From: Sphyrna mokarran
Lineage: Eukaryota
Direction: 5' to 3'
Assembly: GCA_024679065.1 (NCBI GenBank)
Contig: JAGIQG010000016.1
Coordinates: 14,136,001-14,200,000 of the forward strand
DNA: 64,000 bases
Part shown: in pieces, positions 40,621 to 53,930 of the stretch
Layout of the letters: every line of letters begins with the position of its first letter
Position numbering within the stretch: the first letter of the stretch is position 1
Position numbers and translations under genes: made by a program
The notes under the pieces: generated by a model
Database searches by the model: none
Told to the model about the DNA's origin: nothing
What the model saw: only the letters and a program-made list of their open reading frames with translations

Positions 40621-41925
40621 CATCTTGCTTCGATCACCTGGCCACCACCGTCCCTCCCACATCTCTCTCCAATCCCGAACAATCTAGAAGTCAATATGGA
40701 AGAGATTGCCTGAAAGCAAGTTGGAAGTAGCTTAATCACTATTATGCAGGGGGAAAATGGTATCAAGATTTGAAAATGAGGTGGGCTGAGTAATGTTGTT
40801 TAAGACCATTCGAAATAGAGTCAGTTAAGGGCTTATTAGCTATCGGTTTTCAATATGAAGTTTAGGCATCATGGACAGATTGGCTTTCATCTAATATGTC
40901 TCAATGGATGTCTCCTCATTATATCATCTAGGCAGCCTGAGATCAAATGTTTCGTGATCAATTATAACTTCTCCACATCTCTGTTCTGCGTTAGGGTCAG
41001 GCGACTTTTGAAGACATCTGTTGATTTTGCTTCCCTTTCAGCCATGTATTAAGCATGTACTATGTCAAAAATCCACACAACGTGGAACAGTCAGACATTC
41101 ACCGATTTGCCTAAAAGCATCGTAGTTTGCCAACATGTTTTCTATCCTCTTGATGTATAGCCCAAAATGACTGACATCAAATGGAGATCAGATTGGATGG
41201 AGTCCACAGTGGGCGTGTTTTTATAGGGTTGTAATATCTCTTTGTAATATTTATAAGCTAATCTTAACTTTTGACTTTGTCTATTTTTGGCTATTGTGGG
41301 GACACGCTTCCTTTAATTAGATTGTTTGTCTTTGGCATTTTTTCTGTGATGCAAACATCGATATTTCTACAACGCTACTTATCGAATGTTTTGTGCGTCG
41401 TCGGACTAGTTTGCATAACCATGACATTGTGCATAACAGCAAAGATATATTTCATTGATAAGCACTGTTTGGAAGTTGCATACGTTGAAAGCTCTTGCTA
41501 TGAACGACCAACATTTTGGAAGAATTATGTCATTAGGCAAACGCGCCATAATATTACACAGTCTTGCTTTGAGAGTTTAGGTGTAAGCAACTGAAGTCAT
41601 TGAGTACAGAGAAGCAGTAAGAGCCCCAAACTGGCAAGCATTCGTAAATTTTAGAAGTTGAAAGCTAGTTGAAAAAAGAGTGAAGATATCTCACAGAAAT
41701 TCGAAACTATGATAGGAAATTTGAATTCAAGGCAATGCAAGACCAAAAAGTAAGGACGTTATTATGCTGGAACTGAAGTCAATTAATTGACAACTGCATC
41801 CTGTAAATAATGTAATAGATCCCATTTTCACTTGCCCTCGAATTCATTATTTCTCAAAATCTGTACTGGTGGCTATCCTGAATACAAGCAAAACTTTAGC
41901 AAATCATCATTATTATTTTCTATAG

Positions 41926-41961
41926 AATTGGAAAACGAAAAGAATGACGCATTTGATGGTG
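41926..41961 (+). CDS. Microexon 15 (36 nt), ELENEKNDAFDG
   Basis: ttattttctatag|AATTGG...GATGGTG|gtgagt. Confidence 0.88.
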
Positions 41962-42619
41962 GTGAGTACGATGATTTCTTTGCATTTACTGTTGTCGTCA
42001 ACGAGGTCAGAAACTCCCACGAGTTTTATGCAGCCAGCCTAGACCATAAATTTTGCATTTGGAATTTTAGCAAAGTAAGTGTAAGATAATTGACTTCAGG
42101 TATGATTGAAACATCCCACTAGAGAGTTAATATCAAACAAATGTATTTAAGAACACAGCTAACACATCATAAGACAATTTGCAATAACTTCTACCAATTA
42201 CAAGCAAGAAAAAAAAAAACGTGTTATCGTTTAAACTTCAAAGCTCCAAATACTGTTCTACCCAACCGGTCTTCTTAAAACATCCACCCATTCCAGGCTT
42301 AGCAGAAAATAAAAATGTCCACTTGATGTTGATTTTTTTTTAGGGGTTGGAAAGTCAGCTTGAGTAACTCCATTGGAAGGAGAATTGAAGCTGTGAATTT
42401 CCAGCCCTGGAGCTTCCAGCCTGGCTCAAGGTGAACATAGAAAATTGTTTGCCTCTATCTAGCAAGTCACAAATAGCAAAGTTTTCACTCCTGAAAAGTA
42501 AGAAACGCTGCTCCCAACACTGAAACAGTTGGCGGTGTTTCAAATACCAGGAAGAGATACAGAAATACTGCATTTCAGTCTGCAATCCAATAGATTGTTA
42601 CTCGCTAGCAGCCAAAACT

Positions 42620-43085
42620 AAGAACATAAGAAATAGGAGCAGGAGTAGGCCATCCAGTCCTTCGAACCTGTCCCGCCATTCAATAAGATCATGGCTGATC
42701 TGAAGTGGATCAGTTACACTTTCCTGCCTGCTCCCCATAACCCTGAATTCCCTTATCTATCAGAAATCTATCTACCCGTGACTTAAACATATTCAACGAG
42801 ATAGCCTCCACCACTTCAATGGACAGAGAATTCTGGAGATTCACCGCCCTCTGAGAGAAGAAGTTCCTCGTCAACTCTGCCCCTTCTCCCCTTATTTTGA
42901 GGCTGCGCCCTTTAGTTCTGTTTCCCTTTCTAAGTGGAAAGAATCTCTCTACCTCCACCTTATCTAGCCCCTTCATTATCGTGTATGTCTCTATAAGATA
43001 CCCCCTCAGCCTTCTAACCTCCACCAGCCCAGTCTATTTAATCTTTCCTCATAAACTAACCTCCTCAACTTCGATATCAACTGGA
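42620..43085 (-). mobile_element. CR1 LINE 3' fragment (same subfamily as 3132-3980 and 9220-9760)
   Basis: ORF 42710-43024(-) RRLRGYLIETYTIMKGLDKVEVERFFPLRK. Confidence 0.93.
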
Positions 43086-43701
43086 AGTAAAGAACTATTC
43101 CAACCTGACCTGTCAATCCTTCTCCCCCCAACAATTAAAATGTTCGTAAAACTCGAAAAATGCCTGGACATTGCATTAGGATCAGAATAAAAATGAACTA
43201 TATGACTCTAACGATAATAGAATGTGTCACTACAGATCCGATGGTACCAATAAAACATCGGGTTGCTTACAAGCTGCAGAAAACAGGATTAAAAATACAT
43301 TTCTTAAAGGTACAGTAGCGTCACTCCGTCCAAGATCAAATAATTTCCTACTGGTTAGATCTCGTTATAGCTTTGTTTCAATTCGCTTTATTATCTTGAG
43401 CAAACGAATACAATATACCTGAAAATATAGCTAGGCTATGTCTTCATTTTTTTAATGTCGTGCTAAGTATCATCAGAGATATGATTGGAAGAGTTTCAAG
43501 CTAATTTCCTTTTTTTCCTTTAAATTTCCTTTAAAACTTTTTTTTAACCTTTAGATTTTCTGCAGTGGGAGTAATTCGCTTTTATTTTAATAGACTTGTC
43601 TTCCGATTGTTTCCTCTAATCACTTTCATATCCATGGAACACTAAATTTATTAAGCCACTCTCCTTAGTCGTCACCAGGAGAAATCCCCGGCAGTGCTGC
43701 G

Positions 43702-43703
<2 letters not shown>

Positions 43704-43769
<66 letters not shown>
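43704..43769. repeat. (CA)n microsatellite, pure
   Basis: Direct reading. Confidence 0.98.
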
Positions 43770-43773
<4 letters not shown>

Positions 43774-44224
43774 ATAATATATCTGCATATAAATGAAATT
43801 CCTGCAACAAGAAATGTTTAACTGTCATTCCTTGTCTTCTTTCAGGCTTCACTTAGCAAGAGCCAAAATACCAAGCACACAAGTCCTAGTCAGTCCTCTC
43901 CGTTCATCTGGCTGACTCCTAAAGTAAAAGCAAAATTCTGTGGATGCTGGAATTCTTAAATAAAATAGCAAGTATTAGAAAAACTCAGTACGTATTACAG
44001 CATCTGAAGGGAGAGAAACTAATTTGTTTCCAGAGCCTATAAGTATTCTTTTCAGTGCCAAGACTCCTAACAAATATGACAGATTTTATATCTTTAAGGA
44101 AGCAGTAGAGCAAAATAGAAGGTCAGGGATAAATGATGCTTAACGGGACATTTACCATGATGTCATGCTACACAATATAAAGGGCATGTCAACAGTAGCA
44201 TTAAGGACTAAATAAGGTGCTATT

Positions 44225-46030
44225 TTTTTTTATTCAGTTTAAGGATGTGGTAGCAGCTGCCTAGATGAGCATTTATTCTCCACTAACAATTGTCCTTTGA
44301 AAAACTGGTGGTACTTTCCTAAGTTATAGGTACACCCACAGTACTGTTAATGAGAGAGTTCCAGGATTTTGACTCAGCAACAGCAAACGAATGGTGATAT
44401 AGTTGCAAGTCAGAATGGTGACCATTGGAGGAAATTCCAAGTGATGTTGTTCACAAGTATCTCCTGCTCTTGTCCTTCTAAATGGTAGTAGTCTTGGGCT
44501 TGAAAGGTGTTTGCTAAGGATCGCTGGTGAATTTTTGCCGTGCATTTTATAAATGGTACACAAGGCTGCCACTGTTCAGCACTGGTGAAGCAAATGAGTG
44601 TTTGTTCAAAGTTTATCAATCAAGCGAGACTGCTTTGTCATGGATGGCATTTTAAATTCTTCACTATTGTTGAACCTGCATTCTTCCAGACGAATATACA
44701 GTGATTAAGATTTTTTTTATTGAAAATGGTCAGTAGCATGAATGGCACTTGCCATTTTTCTGACCAGGCCTGAATATTGTGCAGGTATTGCTGAATTTTG
44801 ACATGGGCTGCTGCAGTGTATGAGGAGTCATCAGTGGTGCTGTATGTTGTCCAATTATGAGCGCAAATTCTACTTTTTACCTTTATGGTGGAAGAAATGC
44901 CATAGATAGAGCTGCTAACGATAGTTGGACAGAGAACTCCATACTCAAGAAATCACTCGATGACGTTCTGAAGTTAAGATGATTGACCACCAATTACAAC
45001 GAATGTTTTCCTTTACACCAGTTATGATTCTATCTAATGGAGAAAATTCCCCCGATTCCCATTGACTCCAGTTTTGCTAGAGTTCTTTGATGCCACATAA
45101 GATCACACGCTGCCTTATTGTCCAAGACAGTCGCTTTTCCCTCATCTCTGGCATCCAACACTTGTTCATGCTGCAACGAAGGTTTTAGTGAAGCATGGAG
45201 CTGACAGATCATGACGGAATCCAAACCGATGGCTGTGAGCATGGCATTTGGCGTCTTCCATCATTTTATTGATGATCGAGAGTAGACTGATGAGGAGGTA
45301 ATTCGACGGATTTGATTGTCCAGTTTCTTGTGAGCAGAACGTACCTGGGAAATTTTCCACATTGTCGAGTAGATGTCAATGTTGTAATAGCATTGGAACT
45401 GTGCAACGTGTACCACGTTCAATGTATTCAATACTATTGCTAAATATTGTAAGGGCTCATAGCCTTTGAAGTTTTTGAACCAATCAGTCATGTCTTGACA
45501 TTACTTTCTGTATTGAACTGGCTGAAGGCTGAAATCTATGGTGCTGGGAACCTCCAGAGAAAGCTGATATGGATCAACCACTCGGCACTTCTGGTTTAAA
45601 ATTGTAGCGAATGTTTTAGCCTCACCTTTTGTTCTGACCGTTTTGATCGTCTCCACCAATAAGAATAAGAGTATTCATGGCGCCTCTTCATCCAACGATG
45701 TTGTCTAACGGTCAACCACCATTCATAGCTGGGTGTGGCAGGACAGCAGAGCTTCAATCTGAACAGTTCGTTGTGGGATTGCATTGTTCTGTCCATTGCT
45801 TGCTGTTTCTGCTGTTTGGTAGGCAAGTGATCCTGTTGCATACCGACTGTTGCAAGTCACTATACCGACACCACATTTTTAGGTATGCCTGGTCTTGGTA
45901 CTGGCATGCTCTCCTGCACTTGATTGAATCAGGGTTTCTGCTGTGTCTTGGTGGTAACGGTAGAGTGTGAGATATGTTGAGCCGTGATGTTACAGATTTC
46001 GGGCGAACACAAATCGGCTGCTGCTGCTAA
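44225..46030 (-). mobile_element. Decayed L2/CR1-group LINE ORF2 3' half
   Basis: NPSNYLLISLLSIINKMME, DNKAACDLMWHQRTLAKLESMGIGG, AALCTIYKMHGKNSP: RT-domain remnants. Confidence 0.85.
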
Positions 46031-47329
46031 GCACTAGCAAATAACTTCTCCAGCATAACTATGTCAGGCATTTTGAAGTAAACAAATCCATTCTCTTGTT
46101 CTCCCCACTGCCCCAAAGGCAATCACTGTGTACCAAGAGTGTAAAGGCATCTCTCCAGCGTCATGTGCCTCACATATGTTCATTATTTCAATCATCCTCT
46201 TACTGATCTCTCGAGTCTTTGTCAATGATAGTCATTCCAGGTCATGAACTTTAATGTCTCGTGTTCCAATTTCTATGCTGGCTCACTGTACTCCATTTTT
46301 CTAACTGATTTGCTTTTCCTCCATTGCTGTTTTTGTTCTCACAGACCACCTTTCCTAGGTTTTGGCACCATTCCTTCAGGAGCTCATGGAGTTGTTCGCT
46401 AACACCAATGCACTTGCACTAAGAAGGAAACCTACAATTGTGGTTTCACATCTCCGGCTATAGTTGTCTATTTCTCCTCATTATAGAATCCTTTATGACT
46501 GCTGTGCTTGCATCCAATCCGACACTCACCACACTTTCAACTGTGACAATCATGCTACAGTGGGCGTAGTGGTGCCAACACTGTTCACAGGAATACTCCC
46601 GTTCAGTGGTATTAGGAAGTGAAAACTTGTTGGAAAGTGGCCAACAGACAAGGTCCCAATATGCCTAGCCAAGATTGTTCCTTCCCATGTCAATTATTCT
46701 GCCTTTTCAAGCATGTATTACTGATGTTCAGTGAGCACATACAAGAACATGTCTGCTCAAAATCCCTCAACTCGCACGAGTGTAGTTTTTGTAGACTACA
46801 TCACTAGGTGGAACAATCGGAGTATAAGCTACTCTATCCAGATGTTCTAGCTGGAACATTCCCTGAGCATGTTTTCATCCTAGTAATGAGTCATGTTGTG
46901 AAGTTCAGTTCTAAAGATGTAAACGTTGTTTATAAAGATGAAATAAATGTTTTTAAATAATGTAAAATAAGAAGGAGAACAACAGTGTATGGTCCCTTTA
47001 AAAGCTGCTTTGGTGCTCAATGCTGAGTGGTTTAAAATGGAGACATAGAGAGGACACAGATAGCAACATTTGTTGCAAAGATCAAAGTGTCAAGATTGCC
47101 TTGGTAACAGAATTTGCAGGTTTTTGCATTTCGTTAGCCTATGAGTTTAAAAAATACACTCAGCTAAAGGGAACATATCAGATTTGAGCTTGCTGTTATT
47201 GTCAGCATCAAACCAATCCTCTTTATTGTTGAAGGTGCCCCACAAAGCTTTCTTTGCAGCTTCAACGCTCCTGTCATGGGGTTCTGTCTCAATCCAATAC
47301 CACCAATGACAATCCTACTAGTGGAATCC

Positions 47330-47625
47330 ATAGAATGCCTATAACACAGGAGGAGGACATTCGGGCCATTGAGCCTGAACCGGCAACAAACACACCCAGT
47401 CTTGATCCGTGTAATGCCACCTAATTACTCTGCTAATTCCCGTGACGCTAAGGGGCAACTTATCATGACCAACTAACATAACCCTAAGTGTGAGCAGAAA
47501 CTGGAGGAACTGACATAGAAATGGGGAGAACATACAAACGCCACACAGACAGCCACTGGAGGCTGGAATTCAACATGATACCTGGTACCGTGAAGCAGTA
47601 GTTAATCACTTTGTCACTATGCCGC
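47330..47625 (-). mobile_element. HE1-like SINE
   Basis: ggggagaacatacaaacgccacacagacag...gtgaagcagtagttaatcactttgtcactatgccgcc. Confidence 0.8.
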
Positions 47626-48334
47626 CAAACTCTGCAAATAGTTGCATGTTTCCCTCCAACCTCCTGCTCATCATATGCATTCCATTGGACTCCAACATCT
47701 ATCTCTCTCTCTCTCTCTCTCTTCATTCCTCAGTCGAACGGTATAAAATATCAGAAAAATCCCCCTTTCCCTACTTGCCCTTTACTCGCTTGATTTCCTG
47801 AGTTCGATACATGATCGAAACAACACTATGTCGATCTGGATCCTTGCTAATCTAATAGCCAGCTCTTTAATCAGATTTGAAGATGTTTCTCTGGATTTGT
47901 AATGCCTTTCGATTGCTCTGGAAGTCACATAAACCCTTATATTTCAAACTTACTTTGCTAACAATGGAAGCAGTGTAATTGCCTTACATGTCTCGAAGTC
48001 ACTGGATTGTGAATCCAATGCCTATCACAACGCTATCAGGTGACGCTATCACAAAAAAGTGTTTGCTCCTCTGCTCCAATAGAAAAATTAAGCACCAATA
48101 GAAAATTAAGTGAGAAGTCGAATTGGAGCTGAAAAAGCATGGAAATGAACATTTGTCTTTGATATAACACTTCAGTTCACTGGGATATCTCAGCCACATG
48201 ATTTCAATGATGTGATGCCTTCCTCGTATTTGATAGGGTAGCATCGCAGTTATGCCATTGGCCTGGTGACACAAGTATTGGAGTTTTCATCCCACAACCA
48301 TTGCGAGGCTTCATAAATTCAATGAAATTAAACG

Positions 48335-48810
48335 AAGAACAAAGAACAAAGAACAAAACAGCACGGGAAACAGGCCCTTCGGCCCAACGAGCCCGCGCCG
48401 CCACCCCGATGTTCTCACGTCTACCCGCGATCCCTGTCCATGTTTATAGATGTACGGATTAAAAGCCAAATTTGAGACAATTTGGGGAGAATTTGTTTTG
48501 CCAATTAGCCTAAGAGCACATCTTTGGGATGTGGGAGAAAACCGGAGCACCCGGAGAAAACCCACGCAAGCACAGGGAGAATGCGCAAATTTCCACAGGC
48601 ACAGGCCCAAATCCATGTAAGTGCACAGCACAGCGATAGTCACTGAGCTGTCGTGTTGCCCATCAATGGTCCAGGTCAAGCATACACTAACGTCGTGAAG
48701 CACTATGATGCTCTCAAAAAAAAATCCAAGAGCAGCCCTCTCACGACCCATCGCGTGTATGCCCCTCGTTACACAACAAAGTGGACCAAAGCACCTGTTG
48801 GATAAAAACA
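48335..48810 (-). mobile_element. HE1-like SINE with shared leader (copy 3), directly downstream of a CR1 ORF2 end
   Basis: Reverse-complement similarity to copies 1 and 2; (gaacaaa)n tail at ~48336. Confidence 0.88.
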
Positions 48811-48865
48811 AGTACATCAATATCATCATCTATTTACACACTTCCCAAGGCTCATGATCACTATT

Positions 48866-49967
48866 TTAAATCAGTTTTCTACACCCCTCCATTCCCATTC
48901 TGTTCATGTGCCCATCTAAGTATTTCTTAAATAACTCCAGAGTACCTGCCTCCATCACTTTACTTGGCAGCACATTCCATACCCCCACCATCCTCTGTGT
49001 GAAAAAACTCCCTCTAGCGTCCAAATTATACCTTACCCCCCTCACCCTAAGTCCGTGACCCCTCGTGCTATTTGAGTCCATCCTAGGAAAAAGCTTAACC
49101 CTGTTTACTCTATCTATACCCCTCATAATCTTGTCCACCTCTATTAGATCTCTTCTAAGTCTACGTCTTTCTAAGGAAAACAGTCCCAATTTGCCTAACC
49201 TCTCCTCGTAACTCAGACCTTCCATACCAGGCAGCATCCTGGTAAACCTCCTCTGCACTCTCTCCAGAGTCTCCACGTCCTTCCGGTAGTAGGGCGACCA
49301 GAACTGGACTCAGTATTCCAAATGAGGTCTAACCAACTTTTTATACAACTGCAACATTAAAGGCCAGCTCTTGTACTCTATACCCCTTCTTATAAAGGCT
49401 AACATACTATATGCTTTCTTCACAACCTTCTCCACTTGCTCTGCCACCTTCAGAGACTTGTTCACCTGCACCCCCAGGTCCCTCTGCATTTCTATACTCT
49501 TAATAGGTCTACCCTTTATCATATACCTCCCCCTACATTCTTTCTCCCGAAATGCATCACCTCACATTTATCAGGATTGAATTCCATCTGCCACCTGTCT
49601 GCCCAAGCTACCAGCCTATCTATGTCCTGCTGCATCGCCTGACAATGCTCCTCACTATCCGCAAGTCCAGCCATCTTTGTATCGTCTGCAAACTTGCTGA
49701 TCACTCTGCTTACTCCCTCTTCCAAGTCATTTATATATATTACAAATAGAAGAGGTCCCAGTAGCGAGCCCTGTGGCACACCACTAGTGACCGATCTCCA
49801 GCTAGAAAAACACCCTTCCACTATTACTCTCTGTCTCCTATTACCAAGCCAGTTACTGATCCATCTAGCTACCTGTCCTTGTATCCCATTAGCCTTGACC
49901 TTCTCAACTAACCTCCCATGAGGGACTTTGTCAAACGCCTTACTAAAATCCATATAGACGACATCTA
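48866..49967 (-). mobile_element. 5'-truncated CR1 LINE ORF2 RT core, lightly disrupted
   Basis: MDFSKAFDKVPHGRL...GVPQGSLLGPLLFVIYINDL...KFADDTK; LVRPHLEY; ERVQRRFTRMLPG. Confidence 0.97.
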
Positions 49968-50409
49968 TTTTGTCAACAGTGACACACAGATCCTAAACCC
50001 GCTTCCATCTGCAATGATTAGGTTGTGGATTCAAGTCAAACGCCAGAGTACTGAGTAAATAAATACAAGTTATTGTGACAGAGCAACAGTGAGGGATCTG
50101 AAATTTCAAATGATATGTTACACCCAACCCCTGCTCTCTCTTCACTGCACACAAAAAGGCTTATGAATATACACAGAATTATCCGCCTTTAGGATAACGT
50201 CAGTTCTAGACACGAAGGAATCGCTGCACTTAAGATTCTAGAAAAAACAAGAATCATATAAACCTCGAGAGGAGAGAAATGGAACAGGAAGTATGTGCTG
50301 TGATCGTCATTCTTCACCCCATGTTTGTTGAGTTCTCTGGAAATGAAATTATTTCCCTCCTGTGAAACCTTCCTTTCTTTTTCAAAAAACTCTGATTGCG
50401 ATTTTTTAG

Positions 50410-50436
50410 AACAAAGAATGCTGAAAAAGGATAAAG
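50410..50436 (+). CDS. Microexon 16 (27 nt), EQRMLKKDK
   Basis: attgcgattttttag|AACAAA...GATAAAG|gtaagt. Confidence 0.92.
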
Positions 50437-52002
50437 GTAAGTGAAAAAGAATCTAACTGAGGGCATCACTCAACAAGCAAGAAAAGGAAAATTGTTATTG
50501 AACAAATATGCAAAATTGATGTTCATTATAACAAGCAGCTAGCTTGCAAAAACATAGGCGACTTGTTTAATGGTTGCATGATACGCTGCTTGTACTACCA
50601 TTATGGAAGATATGTAGGGGATGGCTAGCATTTGTTGACTGTCCCTAACCATCGGCATCTGCCCATGTATCATCCACATATTGGTGTGGACTTCGGGTCA
50701 CAATGTAGGTGCAACCGTGAAAGTCCAGCAGACTTCCTTTCTGTCGAAATATATTTGTGATCCATGTAAGCAATTTCTACAATTGGCAATGGATTTAGAC
50801 TTTTAATTCAAGATTTCTATGGGACTCGAATATAGATTTCAGCCGGCTCGCAGATTTTGCTCGGAATTTCTAGATTACTCGTCCGTTGGTTATACCACTG
50901 AGCGACCACCTTCCCATCTGTACACCTATATATTCCTCCCTAGTTTGGTGGTGGCATTATTTCTTCTGAACCAGACGACAGCAGATTATTTCTCACTGCA
51001 ACATTTTAAGCTCAGAATCTATGTTAAATTTTGCAGCGTTGTAATTATAGTGAGATGGGATTTTGGATATGTCAGGAATGGGACCTGGCATCGTATTTCC
51101 TTTTGTACTCATCACCGGATACTAAAGTTCTCCTGGAACTATGTCTACGAATAACAGCAGACTTGTCGCGCATGCTTTCCGCAATGTTTGTTGTTCTTGC
51201 ACAACAAGCGAGAGATGTTGCTATGTGTCACTTTCTTATTATTTTCTGGAAGGTACCTATGGGGGAGGGAAACAGTGACGAATTTCTGTGGTGAGAATAG
51301 ATTTCACAGGAAAGCAATGGCCGGACTTGGAAAACATATCACTGTTTGTGGCGCAGAGTGAGATGCTGATATATGCTTTCCAACATAACGCTACGTTTCT
51401 CCCTTCTTTTTTTTCAAATTCCAATTGCTACTGTTCAAAATGTTATTGCGTTAGTGGACAGGGTTCTAAAGCCTAACTCTGAATCTGATTAACTGAAAAA
51501 TGATTCCTTTTTTTGTTTGCATACGGGAGTAGATTTCACATAAGAATGCCAAATCGAATATATGCGTATGGCACAGAAGTGATGCAACCACCGTTTGTTT
51601 CATTGCAGCATAGAATCAATTGGCGGCGATTTGAACCCAGCTCTTAACCGACCATGATTTTCGGACCATTCTAATCTGAAATCAATGACATCAAGTTGTC
51701 TTTCACTTTTTTAACAGCGCATAATTTGTGCTACCTTGCAACATAGCTGAAGCCACATATTAGTTTCCACTCTTCCAACGTCCATTTTTGATCAGGTGAC
51801 TATCTGGGAATACTAGCGGCAACTGACGCATGCGGAGTCATCTCGAAAGGAACAGTGCTTTTTTATTGCACAGAATAAAGTAAAACAAAAGTGACAAGGC
51901 TGTGGTGAACACAACACAACTCTCTCTCTCCCGCCCCCCCCCCGCTCCCCCTCCCCCGCCTGTCTCTCCATTTCTCTATTTAATTATTTTTTTCTGCTTT
52001 AG

Positions 52003-52038
52003 TCATAGGAAAACTAAAAGAGAGTATCACTGAATTGG
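52003..52038 (+). CDS. Microexon 17 (36 nt), VIGKLKESITEL
   Basis: tttttttctgctttag|TCATAG...GAATTGG|gtgagg. Confidence 0.88.
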
Positions 52039-52362
52039 GTGAGGAAATTAAGTCCTTTAAGCGATTGTTTGGAACAAGTCGAAATAGAGTGGCATCGTTT
52101 TGTTGTTGTTGTTGTTATTCACAGTACTGCGCGAGGATAAATAAATGAATATTCTGAGCGAGGATACATAAATGGATATTTTAACATTGAATGTAAGTCC
52201 TTTTGTTTTAGAACCCAAACTGACAACTAGTTGCAATGTAGACTTAACGAACACATAACTGGGGAGAGATACCACACTATACTGACCGAAATGAAATGCC
52301 ACCATGATATCGAAGATAGTTTTTGTGAATAACTTTATTTGTCCGATTTATGCTCCCTCCAG

Positions 52363-52389
52363 AACAAAGATTTGAGAACAAAGACAAAG
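52363..52389 (+). CDS. Microexon 18 (27 nt), EQRFENKDK
   Basis: ttatgctccctccag|AACAAA...GACAAAG|gtgagg. Confidence 0.92.
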
Positions 52390-52699
52390 GTGAGGATGGA
52401 ACTTGGTTTAATGGATGTCGAAATGGAACTATCTTTTTTTTCCTCCATGAATCTTCTTTTTATCCTTGTCAATGTAACATTGGACATTGGCCTTATCAGG
52501 AAGTGATGCTTCAAGTCCCTGTCTTCACAAGTCTCAAATTATTCTGTGTGTTAGAGATGGACAGGTGCCTGACTTGCCAAACAACTCCTCTGTCGGAGAT
52601 TTTAAACGGCATGTTTTTTTTAAAAAAATCACCTTAATTGCCATGAGTGCATCGCACATATGTCACAGAATTTTTTTTTGAATGTTTGCAAGAAATATC

Positions 52700-52842
52700 T
52701 TCCTTCTTTCCATGTTTTCTCGTCCTTTCCTTCCTTTTTTTCTTCTTTCCTTCCTCCTTCCTTCTTTCGTTCCTTCCTCCTTCCCTCCCTCAATTCTTTC
52801 CTTCCATTCCTTCTTCCTTTCTGCCTTCCTTCCTTCTTTCTG
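52700..52842. repeat. (TTCC)n-like pyrimidine tract in intron 18
   Basis: Direct reading. Confidence 0.9.
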
Positions 52843-52984
52843 TCATTTTTCAGTGATTCTTCTCTGCACTTCTGGCATCATTCACTATTCCTTCTTAATC
52901 GTCTTTCTTCTCCCTTTTTGCCTTATTTTTCTTCTACTCGTTCAAGTTATGACCTGCTAACATACCTGTTTTCTTTTATGATAG

Positions 52985-53020
52985 AAATATCAAACCTGAA
53001 AGCAAGTCTGCAAGACGCAG
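52985..53020 (+). CDS. Microexon 19 (36 nt), EISNLKASLQDA
   Basis: gttttcttttatgatag|AAATAT...GACGCAG|gtcaat; weaker donor. Confidence 0.85.
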
Positions 53021-53169
53021 GTCAATGGAACCATTTTTGACTGTCTTTAACCTCAAAGGCACGGCAACCGCTTACTGTGATGGATAGGCATCATGCTTTA
53101 AATGCCTCACTTATAAGGATTGTATGAACAGTCAAGTCTAGTATTCCCTTCATATGGACAATTAAGAGC

Positions 53170-53930
53170 TAATTGACATCCACTATAAATCGATAATGTT
53201 ATCTGTCATGGAGAGAAACTGCAGAAAACTGCAACACAAAGGCACTTGGGGTTCTTGCACAGGAAACAGACAAAACTATTACGCAGATGCAACAGGTAAT
53301 CAGGAATGTGACTAGAGTGTTAGCCCTTTGTCTCAAAGCTATTGGAGTTAAAGGGTAGGAAAGTCCTGTTATAACTGTACAATATACTGGCTGGATTATA
53401 CTATGAGCTGTTTTGTCCCCCATTTTTAAGGACAAATACTAATTCATCAGAAACTGTTTAGCACGTGTTCACACGAGTGATCACTGGAATGGACGGATAG
53501 CTTACACTGAAATGTTAAACATGTTCCGATCCATTTATTGGATTTTTACAAGAATGTGGAGTGATCTCGTTGAAACAAATGGGATTCTTAAGAGGTTTGA
53601 AAGGGCAAATGATAACAGGATGTTCCTCCTTATAGGAGTGTCTAGGACAGGGGGAAGAGTCTCAGGATAGAAAATCAGACTGAGCTGAGAAAGAAATTCT
53701 TCTCTCACAGATCTCTGAGTCTTTGGAAATCCTTGCCAGAGAGAGTTGTAGAGAGTATAGTATTTTTTCTGTATATTTAAGGTTGGGACAGATAGATTGC
53801 TGAACACTAATGGATTCAACTGTTACAGGGAAAGGGCAGGAAAATAGTCATGAGGAATGTCGGATCAGCAATGGTACTGTTGAATAGCAGAACAGACTCA
53901 AATTCTGAACGGCTTTATCCTGTTCCTATT
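53170..53930 (+). mobile_element. Decayed CR1 3' fragment
   Basis: acttgggggttcttg...gtgatctcgttgaaaca...ctttatcctgttcctat. Confidence 0.75.
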
